Source of the DNA: Lingula anatina
Lineage: Eukaryota > Animalia > Brachiopoda
Direction: 5' to 3'
Assembly: GCA_051362555.1 (NCBI GenBank)
Contig: CM120644.1
Coordinates: 21,474,534 to 21,538,533 of the forward strand
Length of the DNA stretch: 64,000 bases
A model generated the notes under the pieces. It was given only the letters and a program-made list of their open reading frames with translations, was not told where the DNA came from and ran no database searches. Made by a program: the position numbers and the translations under genes. Positions 1 to 13,025 of the stretch are shown piece after piece (positions within the stretch are counted from its first letter, which is position 1; the number at the start of each line of letters is the position of its first letter).

Positions 1-588
1 GTTTACAAAAACTTTGGAACATTCTTTGTTTTTATTTTTATTTCAACAACAAGTCTGGTGATAGCTTAGTTTTGTCTTTATCGATACTGCATATGATAAA
101 TGTTTTTCTTTCCCAAATAACTTATTGATTTAAAATTTTCATAGTGATTTTCTAATATTTTTAAGGTAAAATATTTAATTTGAGCCTTATCTATTTTCTA
201 TCAAGTGAGGCTAACAAGTACATCCATTTTTTTTTTTTATTTTCAGAAACCTAGCAGTTTGGATCCTACCAGTTCAGATGTCAGAGCTCAGGTTGCGAAA
301 AGTTCAATCCCAACTGCGATCGAAAGACTGTCAACAAACTCTTAATCAACGACCGGTAAAATTTCAACTGTTTCTGTTTGACATAAAATAATCTCAAGCA
401 CTGTAATAAATTTGCTGAGCCTTGCAAATATTTTTTGTTTGTTAACTGATTTACGATTATCATAGATATGTATTCCTAGAAATTTCAAATATCTATCAAA
501 GTAGGAATTTTCCTTGAAATGTACAACATTTTCTAAGGTCTTTTTAACAGTATATCTGTAGGCCTTCTCCATCCACACCACTGAGAGA

Positions 589-867
589 GTGGTGCGGGCA
601 CTGCAGTGTCAGCATAGCCAGCCAGCATTCCTAGGAGGGTTCACCTCTAAGGCCCAGCCCCTTGAAGTATCTTTGAACAAGCCGTTCAAAGGCCATCTTA
701 GGAGGCTGTGGTCTGAGAGGATGCGTGAAGATGTCGCAGCTACAGAAGAGAACACTGACAAGTTGAAGACTGCTAGTAAGCAAGAGATAGTTGATTGGAT
801 CAAGGCTGCCTGGGACCATGTCCCCACAACCAGTGCCAGACAGCAATGTACTGATGCCATACAGTAA
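589..867 (+). pseudogene. pogo/Tigger-family (DDE_1) transposase C-terminal fragment
   Basis: The ORF contains GGFTSKAQPLEVSLNKPFKGHLRRLWSE and later EIVDWIKAAWDHVP, matching the pogo motif TSxLQPLDVSxNKPFK...W..AW. There is no N-terminus. Confidence 0.85.
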
Positions 868-1049
868 CAGCGATGGAGAGGATTTAATGGGTTTTCTTCC
901 AGATGATCCTTTTCAGGCATTTTTTATACGTAACATTGGACAAGTTTGAATTTAAAATATTTTTTTAAATAATAAAATATTTTTTGAGTGAGGAGGAAAC
1001 ATTAGGAACTGAATACAGACTTTGGTACAGTGGACAGTCCTTGGAAAGT

Positions 1050-1830
1050 GTGAAAAAGTCATGTGTCTGTAGTACATGTGGTGGCAATGTTATTTTAGTT
1101 AATTGAAAGTAAAGAAAAACAACAAGGTTGGGCCAGTCAAATGTGGTGGCTTTGTTATGTTTGCAACGGCATTCCAGAAGAGGACTGGACCTCTACTTCA
1201 AGAAAAACAGGACAATTTTTTTAAGTGAACAAGGCCAGCTAGTGTACTGGGAATGCACATAATAGAAGTTCATATACCTCTGCAGAGAAAGTGGTTACCT
1301 GTCCATGCCGCCACCAGTATGTAGTCATAGCTGGATGGAGCATACACAAGCCTTGGGAGACAAGTCTTGAGAACTGGCAGGTGATAACATGATGGCTGCT
1401 GCTATTTGTGTGACGAAGCTTCTTCGGGGAAGTGATGTATGTAGACATTGACAAGATTGTAGACTGTGGTATAACAATTGATGGCTCTTGGCAGACAAGG
1501 AGCAATTAGAAACATGGATTTGTGGCCGCAATCTCAGTAGACACTGGCAAAGTGCTAGACATGCTTTACATGTGTAGGACCTGCAGGATTTGTGGTATTT
1601 CAACAGCAAACTGCACACCGCCCTGGATGAAATGGAATTTCACATAAAACATTTTTCTCAGTGCCCTCAATCCAAGACAGAATGGGCACAAGCCATGGAA
1701 GCAGAGGGTGTGACTTATACAGCAGCTAGATCAAAGGAGCTCCATGGACTTAGATACAATCCCTTCATGGGTGATGAGGACAGTTTGGAATTCTGGCGAG
1801 TACAGAGGGAGTTATGGCAAGAAGTGCCTC
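1050..1830 (+). pseudogene. Mutator-like DNA transposase remnant
   Basis: Manual translation gives ITIDGSWQTRSN*KHGFVAAISVDTGKVLDMLYMCRTCRIC (~1471-1592) and MEAEGV...RSKELHGLRYNPFMGDEDS. These match invertebrate Mutator-like transposase motifs DGxWQxRG...AISxxTGKVLD and MExxG...RS..xGLRY...GDGDS. Stops and frameshifts are present. Confidence 0.75.
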
Positions 1831-1877
1831 TTTTGCAAAAAATTTGCTGGGTTAGTGTGACCTTTTCCTTGTTAGTT

Positions 1878-2263
1878 ATGGCAATGGCAAAAGAATTTAG
1901 GTGGATTTAACAACTGCTACCTTAGATGAATTAATGAGAGGACCTGGCATGGGTTAGAAGCGTGCTGAAGCCCTTCTAGATTTCAGAGAGCAGGGTATCT
2001 GCTTGAATGAGAATTTTCTTTCACAAAAATTAGGGTCAAATCTTTCAAGTAAAGTATTCCCTTACTTCCATTTTCAAAACAACTTCATTCCAACTAAACC
2101 TTTTGGAGGGGCAAGACCCAAGGAAAAAATCTCTTCCCAACCTCGTCCAGTAAAGATACTCAATCCTGTACAGGAAGAGCTAACGCAGCTGTCTACGTCC
2201 ATTGATCTCTCAATTCCTGATACTGTAAGTCAAGAACAATGCTTTGAAATAGAGCAACTTTAA
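1878..2263 (+). pseudogene. decayed ORF with an N-terminal helix-hairpin-helix (ComEA-like) motif, probably a retroelement gag-like N-terminus
   Basis: From 1901 the frame reads VDLTTATLDELMRGPGMG*KRAEALLDFREQG and continues in frame into ORF 2003..2263. The ATG at 1878 is out of frame with it (a frameshift). Confidence 0.55.
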
Positions 2264-2597
2264 CACCAAAATGAGCAACTAGAAAAACAAAAATTGCTCA
2301 ACTTTCCTATTCTAAAACAAATTTTAAACATCAGAGTGAGCCACCCATGCAGAGATGGAAGGAAGGGTGGGGTCTTGGTGACCTGCCCAGGTCCTGCAGG
2401 CCACATAAGTATAAGGACTTTGTAAATGTTTTCAATTAATAAAGTGCAAATTTAAAGCTTCAGCTTGATGGACCATTAAAAATTTGGACCAAACATTTTT
2501 AGTGGCGCCCAAGCAAAGCAGGCCAGCAGTATGTCATAACCACTATCAGAGGAGTAGAAGAAGAGTCAGTATGTAGTGCCAGACGCAGGGTAGAACA

Positions 2598-2660
2598 GCC
2601 GGATAGCTCAGGAGGTCCTGGGTTCGATCCCTGGTCTGGCAGGTGACTTTTACACTCTCC
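2598..2660 (+). repeat. tRNA-derived SINE head (internally deleted)
   Basis: GCCGGATAGCTCAG (A-box start) is joined directly to GAGGTCCTGGGTTCGATCCCTGGTCTGGC (B-box/T-arm). Confidence 0.55.
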
Positions 2661-3950
2661 CAAAAAATGCACTACAAGTACATTGCTTCCATCTCTACCT
2701 TAGAGGGCCAGCACAGAACTCGTATCACAACCTGTCAGAGACCACCAAAAACAGCAAAGAGAGGCTTTATATTTAGCAAGTGAATTATCTAGCAGAAGAG
2801 CTTAAAGTTAGAGGTGGCCCTACATCTCTGGAGGAAGCTATCACGTGGACAAAATTGGGAAACTTGGGGAGGGAAATATTTAGACAAATTATACACATCT
2901 AAGAGAGAATTTTAGGGAACAACGAACATGGATCAAGTAGTAACATATTATTAAGAAGGGTAACTTCCAACATAATATATTTACATTAGTATGTGACTAT
3001 AAGTAATGAATACCTAATGAAATATAACACAGCTGGTAGCTAGTATATATATTTAGAACACTAAAGGCTGCCAGCTGCAGTTGTAGAGTTGAAAGTGGTA
3101 CATAAAACATGTTTAAATTGCATACCTACTGTCTCAGATTGTGCGCAGTAAAGTTAAAGCCTACAAGTTGGTAACTCCCATATATTTCATTTACAATTTA
3201 GTCCTTTCATGAATATAAAGTGTTAAGGTTTTGCTGAGAGTGCTGGAAATAACTGGTTAGCAATTATGAACGGTTGTCAGCTGACCATCAAGTTATTTTC
3301 TTTGCATTTTGTTGGGCTGTTCATCTGTGTGAGGGACTACAAGTGTCAAAGATTGAAGCAAATTTCAACTGATTGTAGTTCTGCCACATGTGACTGCTAG
3401 GAGAAGAGTGCAGAGATTCTTCATTAACCTGACAAATAAAGGACTTAATTGGCAACTCCCATCCATCCCCTCTAAACTTCTCAACATTCAATATCATCTC
3501 TTAAAAGACTGTCAGGTATGGGGATGTACTATAGTGGCCCGAAAACAACTGCCGTCCACTTATGTGCCAACGTTGGCGCAACCACTGTTTGCTATCTGGG
3601 GTTTCAGGCTGTTCTTTGTAGGGGTCACTTCAAGGGAGAATGCAAACTTATAAACACACTGGGTTTTAAGCCAAAAGGAGGACAGGGTCCCCCATGCTTC
3701 AATCAAGCAAACACACACCAGAGAAAGTGAACAGTCGGTAAAGCGCTGCATGAAGGTCGTTCAAAAGCTTTAAGCATCCAGGGTAAGTAATGCTTATTCA
3801 CTTTACTATATTTTGCCTACCAACACCCTATAAACCCATAATATTTTATTTTGTTGAGTAGATAATAGTTCCAAAATAAGAAAATTGTGCTGGAATGCAT
3901 ATGATTTTTTACCACACATTAATTTTGTTCTTCATGTTGATTCACAACAG

Positions 3951-4200
3951 CAAGGGGTGTGTGCACGTCTCTAGTATATTATGATACAGTGGTCATAGTA
4001 GACATCAAATGTTTGATCCAGAGCTATCAAACCTCATCCCTGGATGCCTTCCATAGCCTGATTATTCACTTTGCCCCAAAGGTATTACTTGTCTACTCTT
4101 CATTGCAATGCGAGTAGTGATGAAAAGAGAGCATTAACAGAAATTGAGCAACCAACATGGTCAATCAGCTTTCCTAAGTATAAAAAGGGTGGTTACCAAA
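3951..4200 (+). pseudogene. C-terminal fragment of an unclassified (Mutator-like) DNA transposase
   Basis: DIKCLIQSYQTSSLDAFHSLIIHFAPK (from 4001) is followed after a frameshift by TLHCNAS...WSISFPKYKKGGY. This matches the recalled QTSSLEAFHSLIxHFAPK...LHxNEN...FPKYKKG motif set of invertebrate transposase-like proteins. Confidence 0.6.
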
Positions 4201-6239
4201 AGGGTGGTTGTTTTGCTGACAATTATCCAAGTGGAATACATGAACTGTAATATTTATTAAATTATTACATCTGTGTTATCCATTGCAAGAAATGTAGTGA
4301 ATTTTAAGTAATTATCATTTTTTGTTGACCTACTTTATTTCTGTATAATATAATGAAGCAGCAAACTTCTCTTGGTAATTAGTTTGTCAACATCAGTCAC
4401 ATCCATTCCTAGATAGTTCAGTGCAAGAAAGCATGCAGTTCTCAAGTATGGTAGCTATTGAGCAATGTGGGACAGAACCTCAAAGAAAACGTGATCAGAG
4501 AATTCTTAGCAGTGCCCTGTTTTTAATGATTGTGACAGCAGTTCATTTGAGGACATAACGCAATCACAACCAGTCACAATCTCAGCACATGATGGATTTG
4601 CAGTTCTTTATTGATCAAAAACAATGTCTAAAATTAGCTGCCCATAATGAAAGTGTTTGTTCATGGTGAATTTATTTGACCCCAGAGCTTAGATTACATT
4701 AGATGTTGTACTGTTTTAAATATTTGTTTTGAACTTTATGGATATCTGTAACCTCTATGACCACTTAAATCATGTTTGTTATTCAAATTCAAATATATTT
4801 TTGCCCTGTAAACGTTTATTTCGGACCGTACTGTAATAAGATTTTGAGCATTTTCCCACTCTTACTATTATTCCAAAACGTATGTTAACTCTTGAATTCA
4901 AAACTTGAAAGCAGTCGCAAAGAGGAAACAAATATATTTTACAACTTCATCAACCAGATCACCAAGGACAGATAAGTAGGAATTTCATTTTCAATAATTC
5001 AAATTTAGAACATTGTTTTAAAGGGAAAACAACTAACAAATTTTATGGTGCAACATATCCACCAAAGTTATGAACCATTTTAACTGAGATAAAAACTGCA
5101 AGTGACATCTTTATTTTAAAGATTTAAGAAACATGTTATTGGCAACTAGCTGGATAAAAACACCAAATTTTGCAGGTGTACATATATAGATACCTTTTGA
5201 CATACTAAATCATACTGGCCTCCTAACCCTCTGGAGAATAACCCCATTTGGGCAAATAGTTCAAGATGGTCACCAATTTATGGCATTATATGAAAAATAT
5301 ACACATTTTGGATAATTCTCCATAAAGAAACTTACTTTTGGTGCCTTTGCAATTGTCTGCCCTATATACTTTTTAATGAATGTACCGGGTCACTCAGCAA
5401 ATTAAAAGTAAAAAATCAAGCGTAAAAAACATGAGCCGAGGTCTTAGAAAATATCTCCCGAGCATTTGTCATGGGAAAGAAAACTTAACCAATTTTTTTA
5501 AATTTCATATGTTCTGAAGTCAGGTAAAAAATGCGGAACTACGTGGATCTCTGGAAACAGATCATGTCTGAAGACAATAAAGAAATCAGAACTTTCACAT
5601 AAATAATCCAATCATACAAATTTTCGATATGAAGCTGCCTTATCAACATAGAGCTAGTAAGCAAATTTTATGTAAAAACAAAAAGAGCTTTGCTCTCATG
5701 GGGCAAACACTTATATTAAAAGACGTGACACCTAAAAATATGCCAAAAAAAAAAAAAAAGTAATCAAGAAGTTATGTAAAAATAATTCAATCATGCTGAT
5801 TTGGAAAGAAACCTGCTTTATTAACAAATACAGTCGACCAGAAAATTTGTAGTTAAATGGGAGCTTTTAATGTGACCTATATTTCACTGCTGCAGTGTTT
5901 TTTCATGACAAATGCATAATTTCAAATAAACATATCCTGCATGTATATATGAACATTACACAAATAAGGTAAAAGTCAATAATCAGTGGATTTAAGAATA
6001 CACACTAAAGGCAATCAAATAAAGCATGGCATGTTTTTGGCCAAACAGCTGAATATCTGAATCCAGGCAGAATCCCAGTAACAGAAACCATGTTCGATCA
6101 GTCACTATTTGCCAGATTACAGTGAGTGCAATTATAGTAATTAATGAACAAAATCTCAAGGTGACGGGAGGCATTTTAATACTGGGGGAGGGGCAGGGAA
6201 GAGGCGGGGGAAAAAGATTGGACAAAAATTTCAATCCAA

Positions 6240-7196
6240 AAGACCCTTGGTGTCATCTCTTAGAAGACAGACTGGACAGATCTCTTTTTTCTATGATGTC
6301 CTCACATTGGCTCAGAACAAGTAGGTGATGCTCATCATCTTGCACTTAACCCTGTGCAATTTCTCAGCTCAACAGAGGTTCACACTTGGTGAAAAGGCTT
6401 GTGCTACATAAGAATCTGGCCAACATTTATGTTCTAGAATCAGATCATGAAATATTGAAACCTTCATCTACTGTGTAGCAGAGTCCATAAGGAGAAATTA
6501 TTTCCCTTTCATGTTGAAGCAATGTATCAGGCAGCACCTTTTCTTTACCATGGCCCATGTTTACTAGGCCAGGTAGGTGTCTGTCCTTAAGTCTCTGCTG
6601 TGCAGGACTGAAAAATGCTTCAAACTGTGTAATTTCTGAAACAGCCAATTGTTTTCAGCCATCCCATTCAATCAGGCCTATAAGCAGGAAAACAACATGG
6701 TAAAAAGAGAAGTAGAGGCCAAGCTTAAGATTTGACTGAGAACCCAACATTTTCAGATGGACAAGCTACAAACAATGCCAGCAGTTTCTTTAGATGCTTT
6801 CTTCTATGGACACATAGTGTCCATTTATCTACCCAGAGGAATTCTTTATCACTCCTCAGAAAATGCAATAGCAAGATAAATCTTAAGAAAGTTTACAGAC
6901 TTAAATTTGTACAGAATAACAAGACCATTGTGTCAATTGTATATCCAAATACAAAACTGTGATTGAGACTTCTGGGAATTTTCTGGTGGACCAGTCATTC
7001 CCTCCTTCACTTTACCAGCATGCCATGCATTAAGTTGTATCTGCTAAAAACTTCTGAGCCATTTGAGCAGCCAAATTCACCTCCACCTCATAAATGTGAG
7101 GTGCTACATGGTGCAACCATTGTCCACAGTCTTCCTGCCAGTGGCAACACATTGGATGATTATGTTGGCAACATTTTCCTACCCTTATTTGGATGA
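6240..7196 (+). pseudogene. decayed unclassified DNA-transposase-like ORF
   Basis: Fragments PTFMF*NQIMKY, RVHKEKLFPFHVEAM, FFTMAHVY*AR*VSV, FSAIPFNQAYKQENNMVK, LTENPTF and VLHGATIVHSLP..TLDDYVGNIFLP occur in the order of a widespread invertebrate family (FFALDHxNYARW...FSxIPxDQAHEQNN...DGAAIVH). Confidence 0.6.
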
Positions 7197-8031
7197 TGTG
7201 CAAAAAAAAAAAAAAAAAAACTGAAATGCCCCCCCCCCCCCAAGAACTATAAGATACAACAGAAACTTATTCTTTTTTGACATCAAAGATGTAAGATTGC
7301 AACTAGCCTAAACACAAAGGTCTTTTTGACTTCAGTGCTGTCCATTGGTTACTGTTTGGTGCCTGATTGCAATGTACAGTGAAAAGGACAACATGCCATG
7401 CCATGCTGAGCTGGGTGTTATAAGATAATTGATTACCACAGAGTTGCCATATAGGCACGCAAATTTGGCAAGGCAGCCATTTTTTAAAAATCTTTTTTTA
7501 TTAATCTCAGAAAATACATTATAGGACAATACACTCAATCAGCTGGGATCCTGGGCCACCTTAGGTTCCATCAGAGTTCAGTAAAAAATTCCTGAAATTC
7601 CAGGAGTCAAAAAAAATCATGTGTGCAAGGAAAATCCCTACAGGCATGTTTTCAATGTCATCTGCAGCAGCTTTGACCAAGTAAAACCAACAGCACTATC
7701 TGTGTTTCAACTCAGGCCGTGATGCAACATGGCTATTTGTGGTAAAGTAAATGAATCAGTTTACATTATTGGATGGCAACGCTGAGGTACAATATGTATT
7801 TACCTCAAATGTTAGAGTCCTTATATGCCTCTTTATTAATTACAAGGACAAAGACTCCATATGATTGCAAAAATGTCTAATAGAGATAGTTATGGCAAAC
7901 TCTTTATAGCAAATACTGTTAAATAATATAACCATAAATTGGCATCCATCTTTGATTTTTTTTTTTTTTTTTTGGTCATATGGGTAAATTCTCCATAGAT
8001 AGAGCTATAACTTGATTCTGATTTAGTATGC

Positions 8032-8313
8032 CAAAAGATATTTGGTGCATATTTTCAATTTTCTTTTATATACTGGCCGAAATATTTTCATATCGTTAGC
8101 TTACATGTAATAGACAGTGTCCACAGTATCACCTGGGATCCTTGAATCTGAGTCATCTGATTTCATAAATTTACAAAAGATATTTGGTGCATATTTTCAA
8201 TTTTCTTTTATAGACTGGCCGAAATATTTTAATATCGTTGGCTTACATGTAATAGACAGTGTCCACAGTATCACCTGGGATCCTTGAATCTGAGTCATCT
8301 GATTTCATAAATT
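8032..8313. repeat. 142-bp tandem duplication (2 copies)
   Basis: CAAAAGATATTTGGTGC... starts at both 8032 and 8174, and the copies are near-identical. Confidence 0.95.
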
Positions 8314-8429
8314 ACCACCGAGATAATATTCCTCAATTTGCTGAGAAAACTGTTTAATTGCACCAAAAGATTTAGTCAATGAAGTTTCATTTTTCTCTCA
8401 TGATTCAAAAACAGCTGGTCATTTTGCAA

Positions 8430-9010
8430 AAACTTAAACAATCATTCAAGTGGCATAGAATAAATAGAGATTAATTGTAAATTGTATGCAGGTTTGTGTG
8501 CAATAAAATCAAGCATAGCACTGTTCGACCAAAGGCCAAAACAAAATTAAATCATGCAGGGTTTCCAAGGAAAAGGTTCACTTAGATATACTTGGACTGT
8601 TTACATAAAGTGAATTTGGGAATTCTTATATTTTGGTTATAATAAATCAGATTACTATGTGGATTAAATGTGTAGCTTTGCCAAATCAGACAAATGAATT
8701 AGTAGCAAAAACATTTTTTGAAAAATTCGTAGTTACTTTTGGTTGTCCACAAGAGATATATACAGATCAAGGATCAAATTTTCAAAGTAGCCTATTTAGA
8801 AATTTGTGTAGTTTTTTAGAAATCAAACAACTCAGAACAACTGGTTTTAGGGCAATTAAGTGCCAATGGACAAGTTGAAAGATGCATGGGTATTATATAC
8901 ACAGATGATCAGATGTAATGTAGAAGGAAATGTAAGATTTTGTGATAGAGATTTACCTCAATTAGGTATGGCATTACATTCAACTGTGAATGCATCTACA
9001 TGGTTTAACT
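8430..9010 (+). mobile_element. Ty3/Gypsy integrase core remnant
   Basis: Translation gives VHLDILG...GNSYILVIINQITMWIKCVALPNQTNELVAKTFFEKFVVTFGCPQEIYTDQGSNFQSSLF...RTT..NGQVER...LPQLGMALHSTVNAST, with frameshifts. Confidence 0.9.
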
Positions 9011-9662
9011 CAAGAGGACAATGGTGATGAGGAAGAAGACCACTTGATGATAACCCCTTTGCAGCCACGGGCAGACAGCAGCACCTCTAGTAGCAGTGGG
9101 TCAAGTATGTTATTAGATATTATATATTTGGTAATATCAGCATTGAGCAACGAAAATTTTTCTTCAGCTCACGCACATTTCTATCACTGTTCTACTTTTT
9201 TGTCTTCAACACTCTGGGTACAGCAATATCTTTTAAAAGTTGAATGAAAAATACCCAGGCCAAACATTATAGAGGTGCCATACCAGTTTATTTATTGAAG
9301 TCAGGACATGTTAAGTGTCTGTACATCAAGAATGTACTGTTATCCTTGCCATCAGTTTCTGTTAGTCACACAAATGGCTAATTAGTGAAGATCCAGATTC
9401 TAGAAGAAAGAAATCAAGTTAACATGATGTTTGAGAATAAAAAAAGTTATAATGTTATGAACTGTATGAATAGATATTGTTTACACGTTAAATTCATTGC
9501 ATCCAACCTCTAAGTTTTATATATTTACATCATTTTATTTTATTCTTTTTACAGGATTCAAGTTATTTATGTTTATATAACTAAAACATTTCTAGTATCA
9601 AATGGTACCTAACTCCTATATTGTACCTTGCAAATGTTTCATACACATGATTTTTCTTTCAG

Positions 9663-9915
9663 GCTCTAGGAGAAAACGGAAAATGACTGGGGAGGATGTT
9701 GACGGAATGCTCAAGACAATGTTTCAGAGACAAGATGACGATAGGGACAAATGGGCCGCACTGGAGAAAGAAGTAGAGGAAAGTCATAGAAAGTGGGCCA
9801 AGGAGATGGAACAAAGCAGGCAAAGGTGGCTAGAGGGGATGGAAGAAAAGAAAAGACAATGGGCAGAATAAATGGAAGAAAAGGAAAACAAGCGACGAAA
9901 GGAAGACAATATGCA
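9663..9915 (+). pseudogene. coiled-coil exon, possibly the C-terminus of a Harbinger-type Myb/SANT accessory protein
   Basis: A ttttctttcag acceptor precedes SRRKRKMTGEDVDGMLKTMFQRQ...(E/K/R-rich W-repeats)*MEEKENKRRKEDNMH. An upstream acidic/Ser-rich segment (9012-9104) ends at a gtatgt donor. Confidence 0.35.
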
Positions 9916-10146
9916 CTTTTTCTTATTGTATGGAACATTGCTCTCTTGTTTAACATAAAATTTTCACTGGTTATGCAGTAATTTGCTTATTAGTTATTAC
10001 TTTGTTCAACAGTTTTAAAATATTAATCTGATGTTCTTGGTAAAGTACTATAATATGCAGATAAGTTTTTTAATGCAAATTTTCAAATGCTTGTATATAC
10101 TGTGGTTTGTGTTTCATCATTTTATTGTGAATTTTTTTTCTCACAG

Positions 10147-11130
10147 GTACTTCACTCCCAGCAGATGAATGAAAAGCCTCTTAGGTCGAGGGTCATGTTG
10201 AAAAAGATGGGAGAGTGGTTGCTGGCCATTGCACCTGCATGGCCTGCCTGGGAGAGGCCTGCGTACATGTGGCATATCACGTTTTACACCGAAGCCTCTG
10301 TGAAAATTAGGAACTTCATAACAGTCACACAGGAAAAGGCCTTCTGGAAGCTACCAAAGCCTTTTGGGTCAGTTTCATATGACAAGCTAAAGAACCTTGA
10401 CTTCACATCTGCAACTAAAATGAGAAGATGACTTGATTCCATCATTACTGAAGACACGCCTACAGCTCCTCCCTGGAAAAAAAACAAATGACAACATCAC
10501 CTTCAGCTAGCAGTGACCAATTTTTTCCCCAAATCAGCCAAGGAACATCTCGACCTGCCATCTTATCAACAGTGCCAGAACACTCTGAACAGTTCAAACC
10601 ACATTATGAATGGACAGTATCCTCTTATTTTAACTGAACTATACAACAGAGACACTCATTATGTGAGTTATAGTGAAGTCCTCAAGTTATGTAATGCTAT
10701 GCTATGCAAGCAGAAAAAGTTGAACATTTGGCGAAAGCACAGGTTAACAGTAAACACTGGCAGTGTTTCCATGCAGGCAGAGTGATAGTAAGCAACATGG
10801 GTGATGTTTGCCACACTAATCCAGCTAGCCCAGCTGTCAGCCTCATCACATTTATCTGTTACCCTATCAAGAGATCTTTCATTTCAGAAGCAACCACATG
10901 GGGGCGTTCCCAAGGGTGTGAAGCACTGGAAGCTTTTGTGACACAAGAGAGTGTTGCCCATAGTAATGCTTACCCGACAGCATGTGGTTTACTCATTTCC
11001 ACAGAAAACCCACACATTGCAACAACACCAGCCTTTTTCATGGCTCTTGTTGTGGTGATAGTGTTGTAGAAGTGAAATGCCCTTTTGTTAAAAAGAACTG
11101 TACTCCCCAAGAAGCGTCAGAGGAGAGGTG
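10147..11130 (+). pseudogene. SWIM zinc finger plus YqaJ (lambda-exonuclease-like) transposon accessory gene remnant
   Basis: Translation gives VLHSQQMNEKPL, DGRVVAGHCTCMACLGEACVHVA (SWIM CxC...CxH) and AQVNSKHWQCFHAGRVIVS...EATTWGR...CGLLISTENPHIATTP (YqaJ). Confidence 0.8.
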
Positions 11131-11329
11131 AGGATGGCACATATCCATGGAGAGAGTGGAATCAGAGTAGACACCCAAATTTTTCATGTGTGGTAATTGT
11201 TGCCTACTGGTAATTCAAGTTGTAGATTCTGTGCAAATTGCTTTTTATATGGTTGTGTAATTAAAAACTCATTCTTTCCGTCATTCATTTTCAGTTTGTT
11301 TATACAAATACAAGATTGCGGCCTTAGCC

Positions 11330-12075
11330 TTGGGTGCAGGTTTAAAACTCAAGTCTTCAAAATGTCAGTTTTTAAAGAAACGAATTAAGTATTTAGGGCA
11401 TGTAGTGTCTAGTGAAGGTATTGAGCGTGACCCCGAAAACACAAGTTGTTTGGGTGAGTGGAAAGTGCCTACTAATGTCAAGGAGACGCAGCAGTTTTTA
11501 GGCTTTGCCGGATTTTAGCGGAAATTTGTTAAAGACTTTGCAAAGATTGCAAAACCGTTACACGAGTTGATGAAAGAAGAACAGAGAAAAAAAGGAAGTA
11601 GAAATTGGGAATGGAAAGAGGAGCATCTGAGGGCATTTGAAACATTAATTCAAAAAACTTACCAACCCTCCAGTTTTGTGTTACCCAGACTATAGTATTT
11701 CATTTGAGCTGTACATCCACACTAGCTACTGTGGGTTAGGAGCAGTGCTTTGCCAAACACAAGGGGGGTTGAATTGTGTAGTGGCATATGCTAGCAGGGC
11801 TTAGAATCGAAATGAACAGAACTATTGTTCTAACAAGTTGGAGTTTCTTGCTCTAAAATGGGCTATGACACAAAAATTCCATGACTACCTGTATGGTCAC
11901 AAGTTTGTAGTGATTATTGACAATAACCCCCTTACATGTGCTTACTACTGCAAAATTAGATGCCGTAGGTCATCGCTGGTTGGCCAGTTTGGCCACTTAC
12001 GACTGAGTTGAGATATGGCTCAGGTAAGTCAAACGTTGACGCGGATACATTATCTAGATTGCCAATTCGGGATTG
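11330..12075 (+). mobile_element. Ty3/Gypsy pol remnant (RT C-terminus and RNase H)
   Basis: Translation gives GLKLKSSKCQF..IKYLGHVVS...FLGFAGF*RKFVKDFAKIAKPL...GLGAVLCQ...VVAYASR...NY..KLEFLALKWAMTQKFHDYLYG...DNNPLT...HRWLASL...GKSNVDADTLSRLP. Confidence 0.93.
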
Positions 12076-12601
12076 TCATTGTTCTGCACAAGTAGTCAAG
12101 GATATATGTAGCAACAGGTATGGTGTGGAATTGGAGTATGGTTTGATTGATAGTATAAATTTCCTACTCAACGGTATTATTTTGTCATTTTACTGGCACT
12201 GCCATGTTAGTATGTATGTACAGGTATTCAGGAATAAAGAAGCTGATTCTTCTGAAATATAGTTGATTTTTGTTGTGTTACTCGGCTACATATTAAATAA
12301 ACTTTTACACTCTAAATCAAACATATAATATCATCACAGTGTTATTAAGTCTATCTATCTGTCTGTCTGTCTGTCCATTTTATTAAATGATGCATCAACA
12401 TATTTTCAGATTCCTCCTGAACAACAGAGTGACCTAGCGGTATGTAACAAATAAGGAAAACGAAGCAATCTTCCCATCAGAAAATGGGGTATTTTCAGAA
12501 GAAAATTTAAATGGCTTCATCTTTAACCTGCAGGGGTATGCCCCGGAGACCGTAACAAACAGCACTACTGGTAGTTATGATTTTACCTCCTCCTACACCC
12601 C

Positions 12602-13025
12602 TGTAACAGTAACTACGCATGCGCTTCGATTCTCTTGTATATTCAATTGGATCCGATAGTGCTGCCACGTAGTGTCACTTAGCTTTTACTTGACGGCGGC
12701 ACGCGTCCGACGCTCTTAGAAGGTTTAGGCCCCAAACGAGGTAAATCAAGATTTAATCTTTCATTATATTATTATTTTTATTAGAAATCAAAACTTTGAA
12801 GTTATCGTCTCGATTTACAAGTTGTTTATCACTCAATTTCAGAATTATTGTTAGTTTAAGAAGTTTCCATGTCAGCGTATGTGTTCGTAGGACTACATGT
12901 ATGTTTTATGTTTATTTTAGTTCCACGGGAATAATATTTCGTCGGAACTGAAAGGGAATAAAGATTTTACCATCAACTTGATGCAGTTTTTATTATTTAT
13001 TTATTTAAAGACGCGTGCTGCTACA
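12602..13025 (+). mobile_element. solo LTR (424 bp) with 5-bp TSD
   Basis: It begins TGTAACAG and ends CTGCTACA (imperfect inverted ends), with ACCCC on both sides (12597-12601 and 13026-13030). It contains AATAAA near 12957 and a GAG|GTAAAT donor-like site. Confidence 0.8.

Noticed and set aside
2494-2512. LTR end plus primer-binding site (ACA...TGGCGCCCAA)
   Set aside because: The match is only 10 nt, it is too far from the putative CA end, and no partner LTR or TSD was found.
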